Below are positions 35,496 to 44,829 of a stretch of DNA of 64,000 nt, piece after piece (positions within the stretch are counted from its first letter, which is position 1; each line of letters opens with the position of its first letter). Below the pieces are notes generated by a model, which was given only the letters and a program-made list of their open reading frames with translations, did no database searches and was not told the origin of the DNA. Source of the DNA: an uncultured Gaiellaceae bacterium (lineage in GTDB: Bacteria > Actinomycetota > Thermoleophilia > Gaiellales > Gaiellaceae); the NCBI GenBank assembly GCA_963820565.1, contig CAWGAD010000006.1, positions 42,333-106,332 of the forward strand. Reading direction: 5' to 3'. The translations under genes were made by a program, and so were the position numbers.

Positions 35496-36346
35496 GGGTC
35501 GAGGCGAACGGCGTCGACCTCTTCTTCGACGTCGAGGGGACGCACCTCGTGTCCGAGGGGCCCTGGGTGCGCGAGCGGCCGACCGTGATCCTGCTCCACA
35601 CCGGTCCCGGTGCCGATCACTCGTTCTACAAGGACCACGTCGGCCCCGCGCTGGCGCAGGTCGCGCAGGTCGTCTATCTCGACCTGCGCGGCGCCGGCCG
35701 GAGCGACTGGAGCTCGCCCGAGTACTGGACGCTCGACACGTGGGTCGACGATCTGTGCGCGTTCTGCGATGCGCTCGAGCTCGAGCGGCCTTCGCTGCTC
35801 GGCACCTCGGTCGGCGGTGTGATCGCGCTGCTCCATGCAGCGCGCCGGCCCGACCGGATCGACCGGCTCGTGCTCGTCAGTACGGTGGCGCGGTCGGTGC
35901 ACACGCGGTCGATCGCCGTCATCGACCGGCTCGGCGGCCCCGAGGCGGGTGAGGTGGCCGCGCGCTTCTTCGCCGACCCGACCGAGCTCAACTTCGCCGA
36001 GTTCCTGCGGGTCTGCGTGCCGCTCTACACCCGCGACCCCGTCTCGCCGGACGCCGTGGCGCGGATGCGGATGAATCTGGCGCTGACTGCCGCCTGGGAG
36101 CGGACCGGCGCGCGCGACTTCGACGCGGCAGCGGCAGCGGCGGACATTCGCTGCCCCGTGCTCGTACTCGCGGGCGAGGACGATCCCGCGTCGACGATCG
36201 CCGGTGTCGAGGAGCTCGTCGCCGCGCTGCCGCCGGAGCTCGTGCGCTACCAGGCGTTCGCGAATGCCGGCCACGGCGTCTTCCGCGACCAGCCGGACGC
36301 GATCGACCTCGTGCTCGAGTTCTTAGCTCCGCCCGAGCCGGCGTAA
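35492..36346 (+). CDS. Alpha/beta hydrolase fold protein (canonical GTSVG nucleophile elbow)
   Basis: Intact 284-aa ORF overlapping the previous stop by 4 nt. VILLHTGPG, YLDLRGAGRS, LLGTSVGG, AGEDD, GHGVF. Confidence 0.8.
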   Translation: MRVEANGVDLFFDVEGTHLVSEGPWVRERPTVILLHTGPGADHSFYKDHVGPALAQVAQVVYLDLRGAGRSDWSSPEYWTLDTWVDDLCAFCDALELERPSLLGTSVGGVIALLHAARRPDRIDRLVLVSTVARSVHTRSIAVIDRLGGPEAGEVAARFFADPTELNFAEFLRVCVPLYTRDPVSPDAVARMRMNLALTAAWERTGARDFDAAAAAADIRCPVLVLAGEDDPASTIAGVEELVAALPPELVRYQAFANAGHGVFRDQPDAIDLVLEFLAPPEPA

Positions 36347-36931
36347 GAGGTTCGCCCGCACCTCGGGCCACTCGTCGTCGAGCACGCTGTACCAGGCCGA
36401 GTCGCGCCGCTGGCCGCCGCGGACCAGCATCGCCTTCCGGTGCACGCCTTCGAACTGGGCCGGCAGGGCCGCCATCGCGCCGCGGGAGCGCTCGTTCCGC
36501 GCGTCGGTCTTCAGCTCCACGCGCAGGCAGCCGAGCGTTTCGAACGCGTGCTCGAACATGAGCAGCTTCGCCTCGACGTTGACGCCGGTGCCCCAGACCT
36601 CCGGCGTGAGCCACGTCCAGCCGATCTCGATGCTCCTGTGCTCCGGCCTCAGCGCCAGGAAGCGCGTGCTCCCGACCACGCGGCCGTCCTCGCGTCGGAC
36701 GGTCACGAGCGGCATCTCGGTCCCGTCGGCGGCGTTGGCGAGCGCCTCGTCGAGGTACGCCCGCAGCTCCTCTCGTGTCTGCGGCTGCTCGACACTGAGC
36801 CATTGCCAGGTGCGCGCGTCGCGCGATGCCTCCCAGATCCCGTCCTCGTGCTCGGGCGCCAACGGCTCCAGCCGCACGAGCTCGCCCTCGAGCACGGGTG
36901 TCGTCCACTCCGCCATTACACTGACGAGCAT
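36323..36931 (-). CDS. GNAT family N-acetyltransferase (RimJ/RimL-like)
   Basis: Intact ORF: VRLEPLAPEHEDGIWE...IEIGWTWLTPEVWGTGVNVEAKLLMFEHAFE...RVELKTDARNERSRGA. An alternative start is at 36916 (MAEW). Confidence 0.8.
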   Translation of the reverse strand: MLVSVMAEWTTPVLEGELVRLEPLAPEHEDGIWEASRDARTWQWLSVEQPQTREELRAYLDEALANAADGTEMPLVTVRREDGRVVGSTRFLALRPEHRSIEIGWTWLTPEVWGTGVNVEAKLLMFEHAFETLGCLRVELKTDARNERSRGAMAALPAQFEGVHRKAMLVRGGQRRDSAWYSVLDDEWPEVRANLLRRLGRS

Positions 36932-37136
36932 GCCGATCTACGAGTACGCGTGCATGGAGTGCGAGTCGCACTTCGAGGAGCTCGTCCGCAACGCCGAGCA
37001 GGCCGTCGCCTGTCCCGACTGCGGCGCCGGGAACGTGCTCAAGCAGCTCTCCACGTTTGCGGTCGCCGGCGTCTCCTCGCAGCCCAAAGCGGGTGGCGGT
37101 GGCGGCTGTTGCGGCGGTAGCTGCGGCTGCAGGTAG
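36930..37136 (+). CDS. FmdB-family zinc-ribbon protein with Gly/Cys-rich tail
   Basis: MPIYEYACMECESHFE...ACPDCGAG (CxxC...CxxC) and tail GGGGGCCGGSCGCR. Confidence 0.75.
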   Translation: MPIYEYACMECESHFEELVRNAEQAVACPDCGAGNVLKQLSTFAVAGVSSQPKAGGGGGCCGGSCGCR

Positions 37137-37153
37137 GCGTCCGGCCGCGGGCG

Positions 37154-37159
37154 TAGACT
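37154..37159 (+). promoter_or_regulatory. Candidate -10 hexamer TAGACT, 8 nt upstream of the uracil-DNA glycosylase ATG (leaderless-type)
   Basis: Read directly. There is no Shine-Dalgarno sequence between it and the ATG at 37168. Confidence 0.35.
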
Positions 37160-37167
37160 GACCGGCG

Positions 37168-37818
37168 ATGAGCGAACTGCTCGCGGCCTACAAGGACGAG
37201 ACGCTCGGCTGCACGCGTTGCCCGCTCGCCGCCACGCGGACGCAAGTCGTCTTCGGCGCCGGCGACCCGAACGCCGAGCTGATGTTCGTCGGCGAAGCCC
37301 CCGGCTTCCACGAGGACCAGCAGGGCGTGCCCTTCGTCGGCCAGGCCGGAAAGCTGCTCGAGACGCTCCTGAACGGCATCGGCCTGACGCGCGCCGACGT
37401 CTACATCGCCAACGTCCTCAAGTGCCGGCCGCCGGGCAATCGCGACCCGCAGCCCGAGGAGATCGAGGCCTGCGAGTCGCATCTCTTCCATCAGATCGAG
37501 CTGATCCGGCCCACCCTCGTGGGGACGCTCGGCAACTTCGCGACCAAGCTCCTCTCCGGCAAGCCGACGGGCATCACGCGCGTGCACGGGGTGCCGCAGC
37601 AGGTCACGCTCGGCGGGAACGACGTGACGCTCTACCCGCTCTACCACCCGGCAGCGGCGCTCTACACCCGCTCGATGCTCTCGGTGCTGGAGGAGGACTT
37701 CGCCCGCATCCCCCAGCTGCTCGGGACCGCCGAGGCTGCCGTCGCGCCGGCGCCGGTCGAGCCGGAGCCGGTCGCGGAGCTCCTGCCGGAGCCGGCCGTG
37801 CAGCTTGGCCTCTTCTGA
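37168..37818 (+). CDS. Uracil-DNA glycosylase, family 4
   Basis: CTRCPL, VFGAGDPNAELMFVGEAPGFHED, ANVLKCRPPGNRDP and HPAAAL. Confidence 0.9.
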   Translation: MSELLAAYKDETLGCTRCPLAATRTQVVFGAGDPNAELMFVGEAPGFHEDQQGVPFVGQAGKLLETLLNGIGLTRADVYIANVLKCRPPGNRDPQPEEIEACESHLFHQIELIRPTLVGTLGNFATKLLSGKPTGITRVHGVPQQVTLGGNDVTLYPLYHPAAALYTRSMLSVLEEDFARIPQLLGTAEAAVAPAPVEPEPVAELLPEPAVQLGLF

Positions 37819-38239
37819 GTTCGACTCCTCCTCGCCCGCCGAGACCGAGGCGATCGCGGGGCGTCTCGCCGGCGAGCTCGTGCCAGGCGACGTGGTCACG
37901 GTCTCGGGAGAGCTCGGTTCGGGGAAGACGACGTTCGTCCGCGGCGCCTGCCGCGCACTTGGCATCACCGCGCCGGTGACGAGCCCGACCTACACGATCG
38001 GCCATCGCTACGAAGGCGACCCGGATGTCTCGCACCTCGATCTCTACCGCTTCGTCGGCGTGTCCGCTGCCGAGTGGGGCGATCTCGAGCCGTACTTCGA
38101 CGACGCAATCGTCTTCGTGGAGTGGCCCGAGGCTGGCGCCGGCGGCCTGCCGCCGGTCCGGGCCGCAGTTCGGCTCGAGCACCGTGGCGGGAGCAGGCGC
38201 CGGATCGTGGTCGAGGGCGACGTAAGATTGACGCCGTGA
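37805..38239 (+). CDS. tsaE: tRNA t6A biosynthesis ATPase TsaE
   Basis: P-loop GELGSGKTTFVRG, SPTYT and HLDLYR. Confidence 0.85.
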   Translation: MASSEFDSSSPAETEAIAGRLAGELVPGDVVTVSGELGSGKTTFVRGACRALGITAPVTSPTYTIGHRYEGDPDVSHLDLYRFVGVSAAEWGDLEPYFDDAIVFVEWPEAGAGGLPPVRAAVRLEHRGGSRRRIVVEGDVRLTP

Positions 38240-38613
38240 CCTGGCGTGCACTCGGATGCGGCCTTCTCGCCGCCGCGGCACTTGCGGCGGCCGGCTGCGG
38301 CGGAAGCGGAAACGGAAGCGACGGCGAGGACACCACCGCCGGGGGCGGGTGTGCGGAGGCCAAGGCAAGCCTCGAGTCCACCGTCGCCGAGCGGGACCGG
38401 CTGTTCGTCGACCAACAGCTCGCTGCCGCGACGACGGCGTGCGAAGGCGAGTTCGGCGCAGACGGGACACCGGCGCAGTGCACGGCCGCGCGCGCGGATC
38501 TCGAGGCTGCGGCCGCCGGGGCGACGCCGCCGCCGGATCTTGCCGCACGCGTCGACGACGCGGTCGAGGCGTGCGTCGGCACGACGATCACCTCGACGAT
38601 CCCCGCCCCATAG
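38236..38613 (+). CDS. Small Cys-containing lipoprotein inserted between tsaE and tsaB
   Basis: GTG at 38236 overlaps the tsaE stop (GTGA). Lipobox LAAAGC. The frame is the tail of track ORF 38074..38613. Confidence 0.5.
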   Translation: MTWRALGCGLLAAAALAAAGCGGSGNGSDGEDTTAGGGCAEAKASLESTVAERDRLFVDQQLAAATTACEGEFGADGTPAQCTAARADLEAAAAGATPPPDLAARVDDAVEACVGTTITSTIPAP

Positions 38614-38625
38614 AGTTCTTGCCGG

Positions 38626-39214
38626 GTGCTGATCCTGGCCTTCGACACCGCAACCGACCGGGCGACGAGCGCGCTCGTCGACGACGGCGAGGTCCTGGGC
38701 GAGCGGGTTTCGCGGGCCTCGACGCTCCTGGCGGACGTCGACGCGCTCCTGCGGCAGGCCGGCTCGCATCCGCGCGACCTCGAGGCGCTCGCGCTGGGGA
38801 CGGGGCCGGGCAGCTTCACGGGGATCAGGATCGGCCTGGCCGCCGCCCGCGGACTCGCGCTCGCACTCGAGATCCCCGCGGCCGGCGTCTCGACGCTCGC
38901 CGCGCTGGCGGCCGGTGCTCCCGGTGCGACGCCCGTGATCGACGCGAAGCGGCGGGAGGTCTTCGTGCCCGGCCCACGGGCGGTGGCCCCGTCAGACCTG
39001 CTGCTCGAGCCGGGAGCCGTCTGTGTCGGCGACGGCGCAGTCCGCTACCGCGATGTGCTCGAGGACGCGGGAGCGGTCGTGCCGCCGGACGAGCGACGAG
39101 CGCCACCTGCCGCGCGCCCGCTTCCACGCGCAGCTTGCGGCGAGCTTCGGCCCGGTCGAGCTCGTCGAGCCTCTCTACGTGCGCGTTCCCGATGCCGTCG
39201 AGGCGACTCCGTGA
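38626..39214 (+). CDS. tsaB: tRNA t6A biosynthesis protein TsaB; one frameshift near 39085-39100
   Basis: ILAFDTAT...LALGTGPGSFTGIRIG. The C-terminus (HLPRARFHAQLA...EPLYVRVPDAVE) is in ORF 39023..39214. Confidence 0.85.
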
Positions 39215-39684
39215 AGCTCGAGCTGCGCAAGCTCGAGCTCCGCGACCTGAACGCGATCGAGCAGATCGAGCGGGAGTCGTATCCGACGCCCTGGTCGCGG
39301 TCGATGTTCGCCGGGGAGCTGGCAAAGCCGAGCTCGCTCTCGCTCGGGGCGTTCGACCCCGACTCAGGCACGCTCGTCGGGTATCTCGTCATCTCGCGCT
39401 ACGTCGACGCGTGGCATGTGATGAACGTCGCGGTGACGTCGTCGTACAGGCGCCGTGGTGTGGCGAGGCAGCTGCTCGACCGCCTCTTCGAGGTCACCGC
39501 CTCGGACGAGCGCCGCGGCTACACGCTCGAGGTGCGGGTCTCGAACGAGGGCGCGATCAAGCTCTACGAGGCGATGGGCTTCGTCGCGCGCGGGGTCCGG
39601 CGCGGCTACTACACCGACAACCGCGAGGACGCGTTGATCATGTGGCGCGACCCGGTCCCGACCGAGCAGGCCGAGGCGGGATGA
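39211..39684 (+). CDS. rimI: Ribosomal-protein-alanine N-acetyltransferase
   Basis: GTG at 39211 overlaps the tsaB stop. IERESYPTPWS, YRRRGVARQLL, SNEGAIKLYEAMGF. Confidence 0.85.
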   Translation: MKLELRKLELRDLNAIEQIERESYPTPWSRSMFAGELAKPSSLSLGAFDPDSGTLVGYLVISRYVDAWHVMNVAVTSSYRRRGVARQLLDRLFEVTASDERRGYTLEVRVSNEGAIKLYEAMGFVARGVRRGYYTDNREDALIMWRDPVPTEQAEAG

Positions 39685-39694
39685 TGCTGTCAGC

Positions 39695-40660
39695 ATGATT
39701 CTGGGGATCGAGACCTCCTGCGACGAGACGGCGGCGGCCCTCGTCACGGCAGAGGGCGAGATCCGCGCCAACGTCGTCTCGTCTCAGGCGGAGTTGCACG
39801 CGCGCTTCGGCGGAGTCGTGCCGGAGGTCGCGTCGCGCCGCCATCTCGAGCTGGTTGCGCCGGTCGTCCAGGAAGCGTTCGGCCAGGCCGGAGCGACGCT
39901 GGACGACGTCGAGACGGTCGCCGTCACGCAAGGCCCAGGGCCTGGTGGGAGCGCTGCTCGTCGGCCTCTCCGCCGCGAAGGCGCTCGCCTGGGCACGGGG
40001 GCTGCCGCTGGCGCCGGTCGACCACCTGCACGGCCACGTCGCGTCGCTCTATCTCGAGCCCGACCCGGTCGAGCCGCCGTTCCTCTGCCTGCTCGCGAGC
40101 GGCGGTCACACGCTTCTGCTCGACGTGCAGGACCACGCCGGCTACCGCGTCCTCGGCACCTCGATCGACGACGCCGCCGGCGAGGCGTTCGACAAGGGAG
40201 CCCGGCTGCTCGGGCTCGGCTATCCCGGCGGCGCCGAGATCGACCGGCTCGCGCGGTCGGGCGATCCAGAGGCTTTCTCGTTTCCGGTGGCGCGCCTCGA
40301 CGGCCTCGACTTCTCGTTCTCGGGGGTGAAGACCGCGCTCCTCTACACCGTTCGCGACCTCGGGCGACGAGCTCGACGTCGCGCAAGGCCGATCTGGCCG
40401 CGTCGTACCAGCGCGCGATCGTGCGCGCGCTCGTCGAGCGGACGCGAGCTGCAGCAGAGCAGGAGGGTCTCGACACGATCGCCGTCGTCGGCGGTGTCGC
40501 CGCCAACTCCGAGCTGCGCGAGTCGCTGCCCGGCGCGCGCTTCGCGCCCCTGCCGCTCTGTACGGACAACGCGGCGATGATCGCATCGGCGGGCAGGTAC
40601 GGCAGACGGCTGCCCTATCCTCGGTACCTTGATCTCGACGCGTACGCATCGCGCGCCTGA
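39695..40660 (+). CDS. tsaD: tRNA N6-adenosine threonylcarbamoyltransferase TsaD; 2 frameshifts (about 39940 and 40365)
   Basis: [23 protein letters not shown] | [11 protein letters not shown]...VDHLHGHV...SGGHT...[10 protein letters not shown] | [12 protein letters not shown]...CTDNAAMIA. Confidence 0.9.
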   Translation: MILGIETSCDETAAALVTAEGEIRANVVSSQAELHARFGGVVPEVASRRHLELVAPVVQEAFGQAGATLDDVETVAVTQGPGPGGSAARRPLRREGARLGTGAAAGAGRPPARPRRVALSRARPGRAAVPLPARERRSHASARRAGPRRLPRPRHLDRRRRRRGVRQGSPAARARLSRRRRDRPARAVGRSRGFLVSGGAPRRPRLLVLGGEDRAPLHRSRPRATSSTSRKADLAASYQRAIVRALVERTRAAAEQEGLDTIAVVGGVAANSELRESLPGARFAPLPLCTDNAAMIASAGRYGRRLPYPRYLDLDAYASRA

Positions 40661-43203
40661 ACGCCGCAGGGTTGCGGCGGCGCTCGTGGTCGCGGCGGCG
40701 CTGCTCGCCGCCGCAGGCAGCCAGGGCGCCAGTGCTCCCGACGTGCTCGAGGCCGGCGCCGCGGCGTGGCGTGGCTTCGTCGACGGCGAGCGGAGCTCGG
40801 TGGTGGTCGGGCAGCGCATGATCGTCGTCCTCCGCAACCCGTCGCTCGCCGACCGGGTCGACGAGGCGGGCGGGCACGCGACCGAGTCGGAGATGAGGAG
40901 CTGGACGGCCGCGGCGCTCGCAGGGCAGAAGCAGATCGCGGCCCGGCTCTCGCGGGAGGGGATCCAGCTCGTCCCGGACTTCGTCTACACCCGCACGCTG
41001 AACGGATTCGCCGCGCCGATCGACGGGCGTGCGCTCGCCCTGCTGGAGCGCGACCGGGACGTCGTCGGGGTCTATCCGGTGCGGGCGGCATACCCGGCTT
41101 CGCTCTCCGCAGTGGAGCTCCGCGGCCCGGCCTTTGCCGCCGGCGCCGGCCGGCGGCCAGAGCTCTCCGTCCCGGGCTTCTCCGGCCGGGGCATCACGAT
41201 CGCGCTGCTCGACACGGGCGTGGACGTCACGCACCCGTTCATCCGCGGCCGCCTGCTCGAGGGGATCGACGTGCTCGATCCCGAGGGACGCGCGATCGCG
41301 CGCCCCCATCCGACCGACGCAACTCGGCTCGAGCGTCACGGCACGCAGATGGCCGGGCTGCTCGCCGGACACGGCGGTCCGGCAGGCATCCGCGGGGTCG
41401 CGTCCGCCGCATCGATCCTGCCGGTTCGCGTCGCCGGCTGGCAGCCGAGCGCGGAAGGCGGTTACGCGGTGTACGGCCGCACCGACCAGGTACTCGCCGG
41501 GCTCGAGCGGGCGGTCGATCCGGACGGCGACGGGGACGTGCTGGACGCGGCCCGGGTCGCCGTCGTCGGAGTCACCGAGCCGTTCGCGTCGTTCGACGAC
41601 GGACCGGTCGCGCGCGCCGTCGAGGGCGCGGTCCGGCTGGACACGCTCGTTGTCGTGCCGGCCGGCAACGAAGGTCCGGCCGGTCCCGGGTACGGCAGCA
41701 TCGGCGGGCCCGGCGGTGCGCCTGCGGCGCTCACGGTGGGTGCGGCCGACCTGCGCCTGGCGACCACGACCGTCCGCGTTGTCGTGCGTGCCGGCCTGCA
41801 GACGCTGCTCGACCGCGAGCTGCCACTCGCCGGAGCAGCGGTGCCGCGAGCTCCGCTCTCGCTGACGGTGATCCGGCCACGCCGAAACGCTGCGGCAGGC
41901 CCGCGAGGGAGAGCGCTCGCACGCTTCTTCAACCCGCGCGGCTACAGCCTCGTCGCCGGCAGGGCCGTGCTGCTCCCGCGCGCCACCGGTCCCACCGACG
42001 CTGCCCACGACGCCGTGTTCGCGGGTGCGAGCGCAATCCTCGTGGACGGGCTCGTCCCAGCAGGGGCCCTCGGTCTCGACGACCGCCTCGACGTTCCGGT
42101 CGTCGGGCTGCCCCAGAGCGTCGCAGCGTCCGTTCGGTCGGCACTCGCACGCGGCGTCGACGTCGGCGTCTCGCTCGGCGCACCGGCGTTGCGGACGAAC
42201 GCGCGGCGTACTGCGATCGCGCCCTTCTCGTCGCACGGCCTCGCGTTCGGCGGCGGAATCAAGCCCGAGGTGGCGGCACCCGGCGTGGAGATCGTGACGG
42301 CCGATCCCGGCCGGAACGCCGACCGAACGACCCGCTACGGCACGATCAGCGGCACGAGCGCTGCAGCGGCTCTCGCCGGAGGAGCAGCGGCGCTACTCGC
42401 GCAGGCTCGACCCGAGCTGGACGCGGCGGCGTTGAAGGGGGCGCTCGTCGGCACCGCCGTGCGTGCGGAAGCAAGTTCGGTCGGTGCCCAGGGCGCGGGG
42501 GCGCTCGACCCGGCCGCGGCGAGCGCAGCGGAGGTCGTCGCCGAGCCTGCGACGGTCGGCTTCGGCACGGCAGCAGGGGAGGGCTGGCGGTCGACCCGGC
42601 GGCTCGTCGTGCGGAACGTCTCTTCGCGCCGCTTGACCGTGAACGTGGCCGCCGCGGTCGAGGGCATCGCGGGCGTCTCGGTGACCGCAAGGCCGGACCA
42701 GGTCCGGCTGGGGCCGGGCCAGAGGCGTCAGGTGGTGCTCACTCGCACGGGTGGCGTTCGTGCCGCGCGGCTTGGGCGTGATCACCGGCCGTGCCCGGCT
42801 CGAGGTCCCGGGCGGCGGCAGGATCGTCGTGCCCTGGGCGGTTGCGCTGCCCGTGCAAGGGTCGGCCCTGATCGGCGGCCTGCAGCTGTCCGCAAGGAGC
42901 TTCCGCGCCTCCGACCGCGCTCCCGCCGTCCTTACCGTTCAGGCTGGGCAGGTCCGCGACCTTGCCGGGCGCCGTCAGCTGCGCCCGGTCTCGCGCCTCG
43001 ACGTGGAGCTGTGGCGGGGCCCGAAACAGCTCGGCCTTCTCGCACGGCTGCGCGACGTGCTGCCCGGCCGGTACGCCTTCGGCCTCACCGGACGCGGCCC
43101 GCTGGGCCGCGCGCTGCCGAAGGGCCCGTACCGCCTGCGGGTCCTGGCGGTGCCACCTGAGGGCGCTGCCGAGGCCGAGGTGATCGGCTTCCGGATTCGC
43201 TGA
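40629..43203 (+). CDS. Secreted subtilisin-like serine peptidase (S8) with long C-terminal extension; one frameshift near 42745-42760
   Basis: Signal peptide AALVVAAALLAAAGSQGASA. Catalytic triad contexts ALLDTGVD, HGTQMAG and GTSAAAA. The C-terminus continues in ORF 42751..43203. The exact start is uncertain and may overlap the tsaD end. Confidence 0.8.
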
Positions 43204-43215
43204 CGTCCACGGAGA

Positions 43216-43221
43216 TAGACT
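43216..43221 (+). promoter_or_regulatory. Candidate -10 hexamer TAGACT upstream of gdh
   Basis: A TANNNT hexamer lies 34 nt upstream of the ATG at 43256. RBS AGGAGGAG is at 43244-43251. Confidence 0.3.
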
Positions 43222-43255
43222 CCGGCCGCCAACTGAGCGAGCCAGGAGGAGTCGC

Positions 43256-44527
43256 ATGACGACGGCCGAGGCGCCAACCCACCTGCGCGAGAACCCGTAC
43301 GCAATCGCGCGCCGCCAGCTGCGGCGGGTGGGGGAGACATTCGGGATCGACCCGAACCTGATCAACGTCCTGGAGCGGTGCAAGAAGTCGGTTGAGGTCT
43401 CGATCCCCGTCACGATGGACGACGGCTCCGTGAGCGTGTACGAGGGCTACCGCGTCACGCACAACATCGCGCGCGGACCGTCCAAGGGAGGGATTCGCTA
43501 CCACCCGAACGTGACCCGCGACGAGGTCAAGGCGCTCGCGATGTGGATGACGTGGAAGTGCGCGCTGATGAGCCTGCCGTTCGGCGGGGCCAAGGGCGGC
43601 GTCATCTGCGATCCGAAGCAGCTGTCGCGCCGCGAGCTCGAGGGCATGACGCGCCGCTTCACCAGCGAGATCATCAACGAGATCGGCCCGGAGAAGGACA
43701 TTCCCGCGCCCGACGTCGGCACGGACGGCAGCGTGATGGCCTGGATCTTCGACACCTACTCCATGAACAAGGGCCACTCCGTCCTCGGAGTCGTCACCGG
43801 CAAGCCGCTGGCGATCGGCGGCTCTCTGGGGCGAGAGGAGGCGACGGCGCGAGGCGCGCTCTTCGTCATCGCCGACGCGCTGGGTGAGGAGAATCGTGGG
43901 CTCGAAGGGCTCCGGGTCGTCGTCCAGGGCTTCGGCAACGTCGGTCGCAACCTCGCGCGGCTGCTCGCCGAGGCGGGTGCCGTCGTGATTGCCGTCTCCG
44001 ACTCGGCGGGCGGCGTCTACGCGCCGAAGGGACTCGATGTCCCGTCCGTGCTCGCACACAAGGCCGAGCACGGGACGCTCGCCGGCTTCAGCGGCGGTGA
44101 CGCGATCACGAACGAGGAGCTGCTGCTGCTCGAGTGCGACGTGCTCGCTCCGTGCGCGCTCGAGCAGGTGATCAACGGAGACAACGCGGCCGAGGTGAAG
44201 GCGCGGATCGTCTGCGAGGGCGCGAACGGCCCGGTGACCCCGGACGCCGATCAGATCCTCGAGGACCGCGGCGTGCTCGTGCTCCCCGACGTGCTCGCCA
44301 ATGCCGGCGGGGTCGTCGTCTCCTACTTCGAGTGGGTCCAGGGCCTGCAGGAGTACTTCTGGAAGGAGGAGGAGGTGAACGCGCGCCTGAACGAGATCGT
44401 CACCAAGGCGTTCCGCGAGACGCTCGTGGCGCGCGACCAGCACCGAACGAGCATGCGTATGGCTGCGTACGGGCTCGCCGTCCGCCGCGTCGGAGAGGCG
44501 ACGGTGACGCGAGGGCTCTATCCCTAG
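43256..44527 (+). CDS. gdhA: Glutamate dehydrogenase (Glu/Leu/Phe/Val dehydrogenase family)
   Basis: Intact 423-aa ORF with GPSKGGIRYHP, LPFGGAKGG, VQGFGNVG and EGANGP. Confidence 0.9.
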   Translation: MTTAEAPTHLRENPYAIARRQLRRVGETFGIDPNLINVLERCKKSVEVSIPVTMDDGSVSVYEGYRVTHNIARGPSKGGIRYHPNVTRDEVKALAMWMTWKCALMSLPFGGAKGGVICDPKQLSRRELEGMTRRFTSEIINEIGPEKDIPAPDVGTDGSVMAWIFDTYSMNKGHSVLGVVTGKPLAIGGSLGREEATARGALFVIADALGEENRGLEGLRVVVQGFGNVGRNLARLLAEAGAVVIAVSDSAGGVYAPKGLDVPSVLAHKAEHGTLAGFSGGDAITNEELLLLECDVLAPCALEQVINGDNAAEVKARIVCEGANGPVTPDADQILEDRGVLVLPDVLANAGGVVVSYFEWVQGLQEYFWKEEEVNARLNEIVTKAFRETLVARDQHRTSMRMAAYGLAVRRVGEATVTRGLYP

Positions 44528-44753
44528 AGTCGTCGTCTACCACGCGGCGGACTGCCAGCTCTGCGAGCGCGCGCTCGAGGTCGTGGACCAGGTGTGCGCC
44601 GGCGACTTCGAGCGCGTCGACATCGCCGGCGACACCGTGCTGGAGGCTGCCTACCGCGAGTCGATCCCGGTCGTCGAAATCGACGGCGAGCGCGCGTTTA
44701 CGTACTTCGTCCAGCCCGAGGCGCTCCGGCAACGGCTGCGCGGTTGCGCCTGA
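44520..44753 (+). CDS. Glutaredoxin-like small redox protein (CxxC); no canonical start codon in the sequence as given
   Basis: The frame is open from 44508 to TGA 44751-44753 and encodes RVVVYHAADCQLCERALEVVDQVCAGDFERVDIAGDTVLEAYRESIPVVEIDGERAFTYF, with high third-position GC. It is absent from the track because it has no ATG/GTG/TTG; only ATC at 44520 is available. Confidence 0.45.
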   Translation: MPRVVVYHAADCQLCERALEVVDQVCAGDFERVDIAGDTVLEAAYRESIPVVEIDGERAFTYFVQPEALRQRLRGCA

Positions 44754-44790
44754 CGGTTCTCTCAACGGCCGCGAAGGCTCGTGGGCAGAA

Positions 44791-44808
44791 TGTGACGACG
44801 GTGTCACA
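44791..44808. promoter_or_regulatory. Perfect palindrome TGTGAC-GACGGT-GTCACA, 22 nt upstream of rex (candidate Rex autoregulatory operator)
   Basis: Read directly. It shares the TGTGA/TCACA arms of the Rex operator (TTGTGAA-N4-TTCACAA), but with 8 rather than 6 nt between the pentamers. Confidence 0.5.
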
Positions 44809-44829
44809 AGCGAGGTAGAAGGGAACGGG

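Noticed and set aside
38626-39684. A 352-aa ORF suggesting a TsaB-RimI fusion protein.
   Set aside because: The genuine TsaB C-terminus (HLPRARFHAQLA...YVRVPDAVE) is in another frame (39023..39214) and ends with a stop overlapping a GTG start for rimI. The in-frame link is Arg-rich junk created by one frameshift near 39090.
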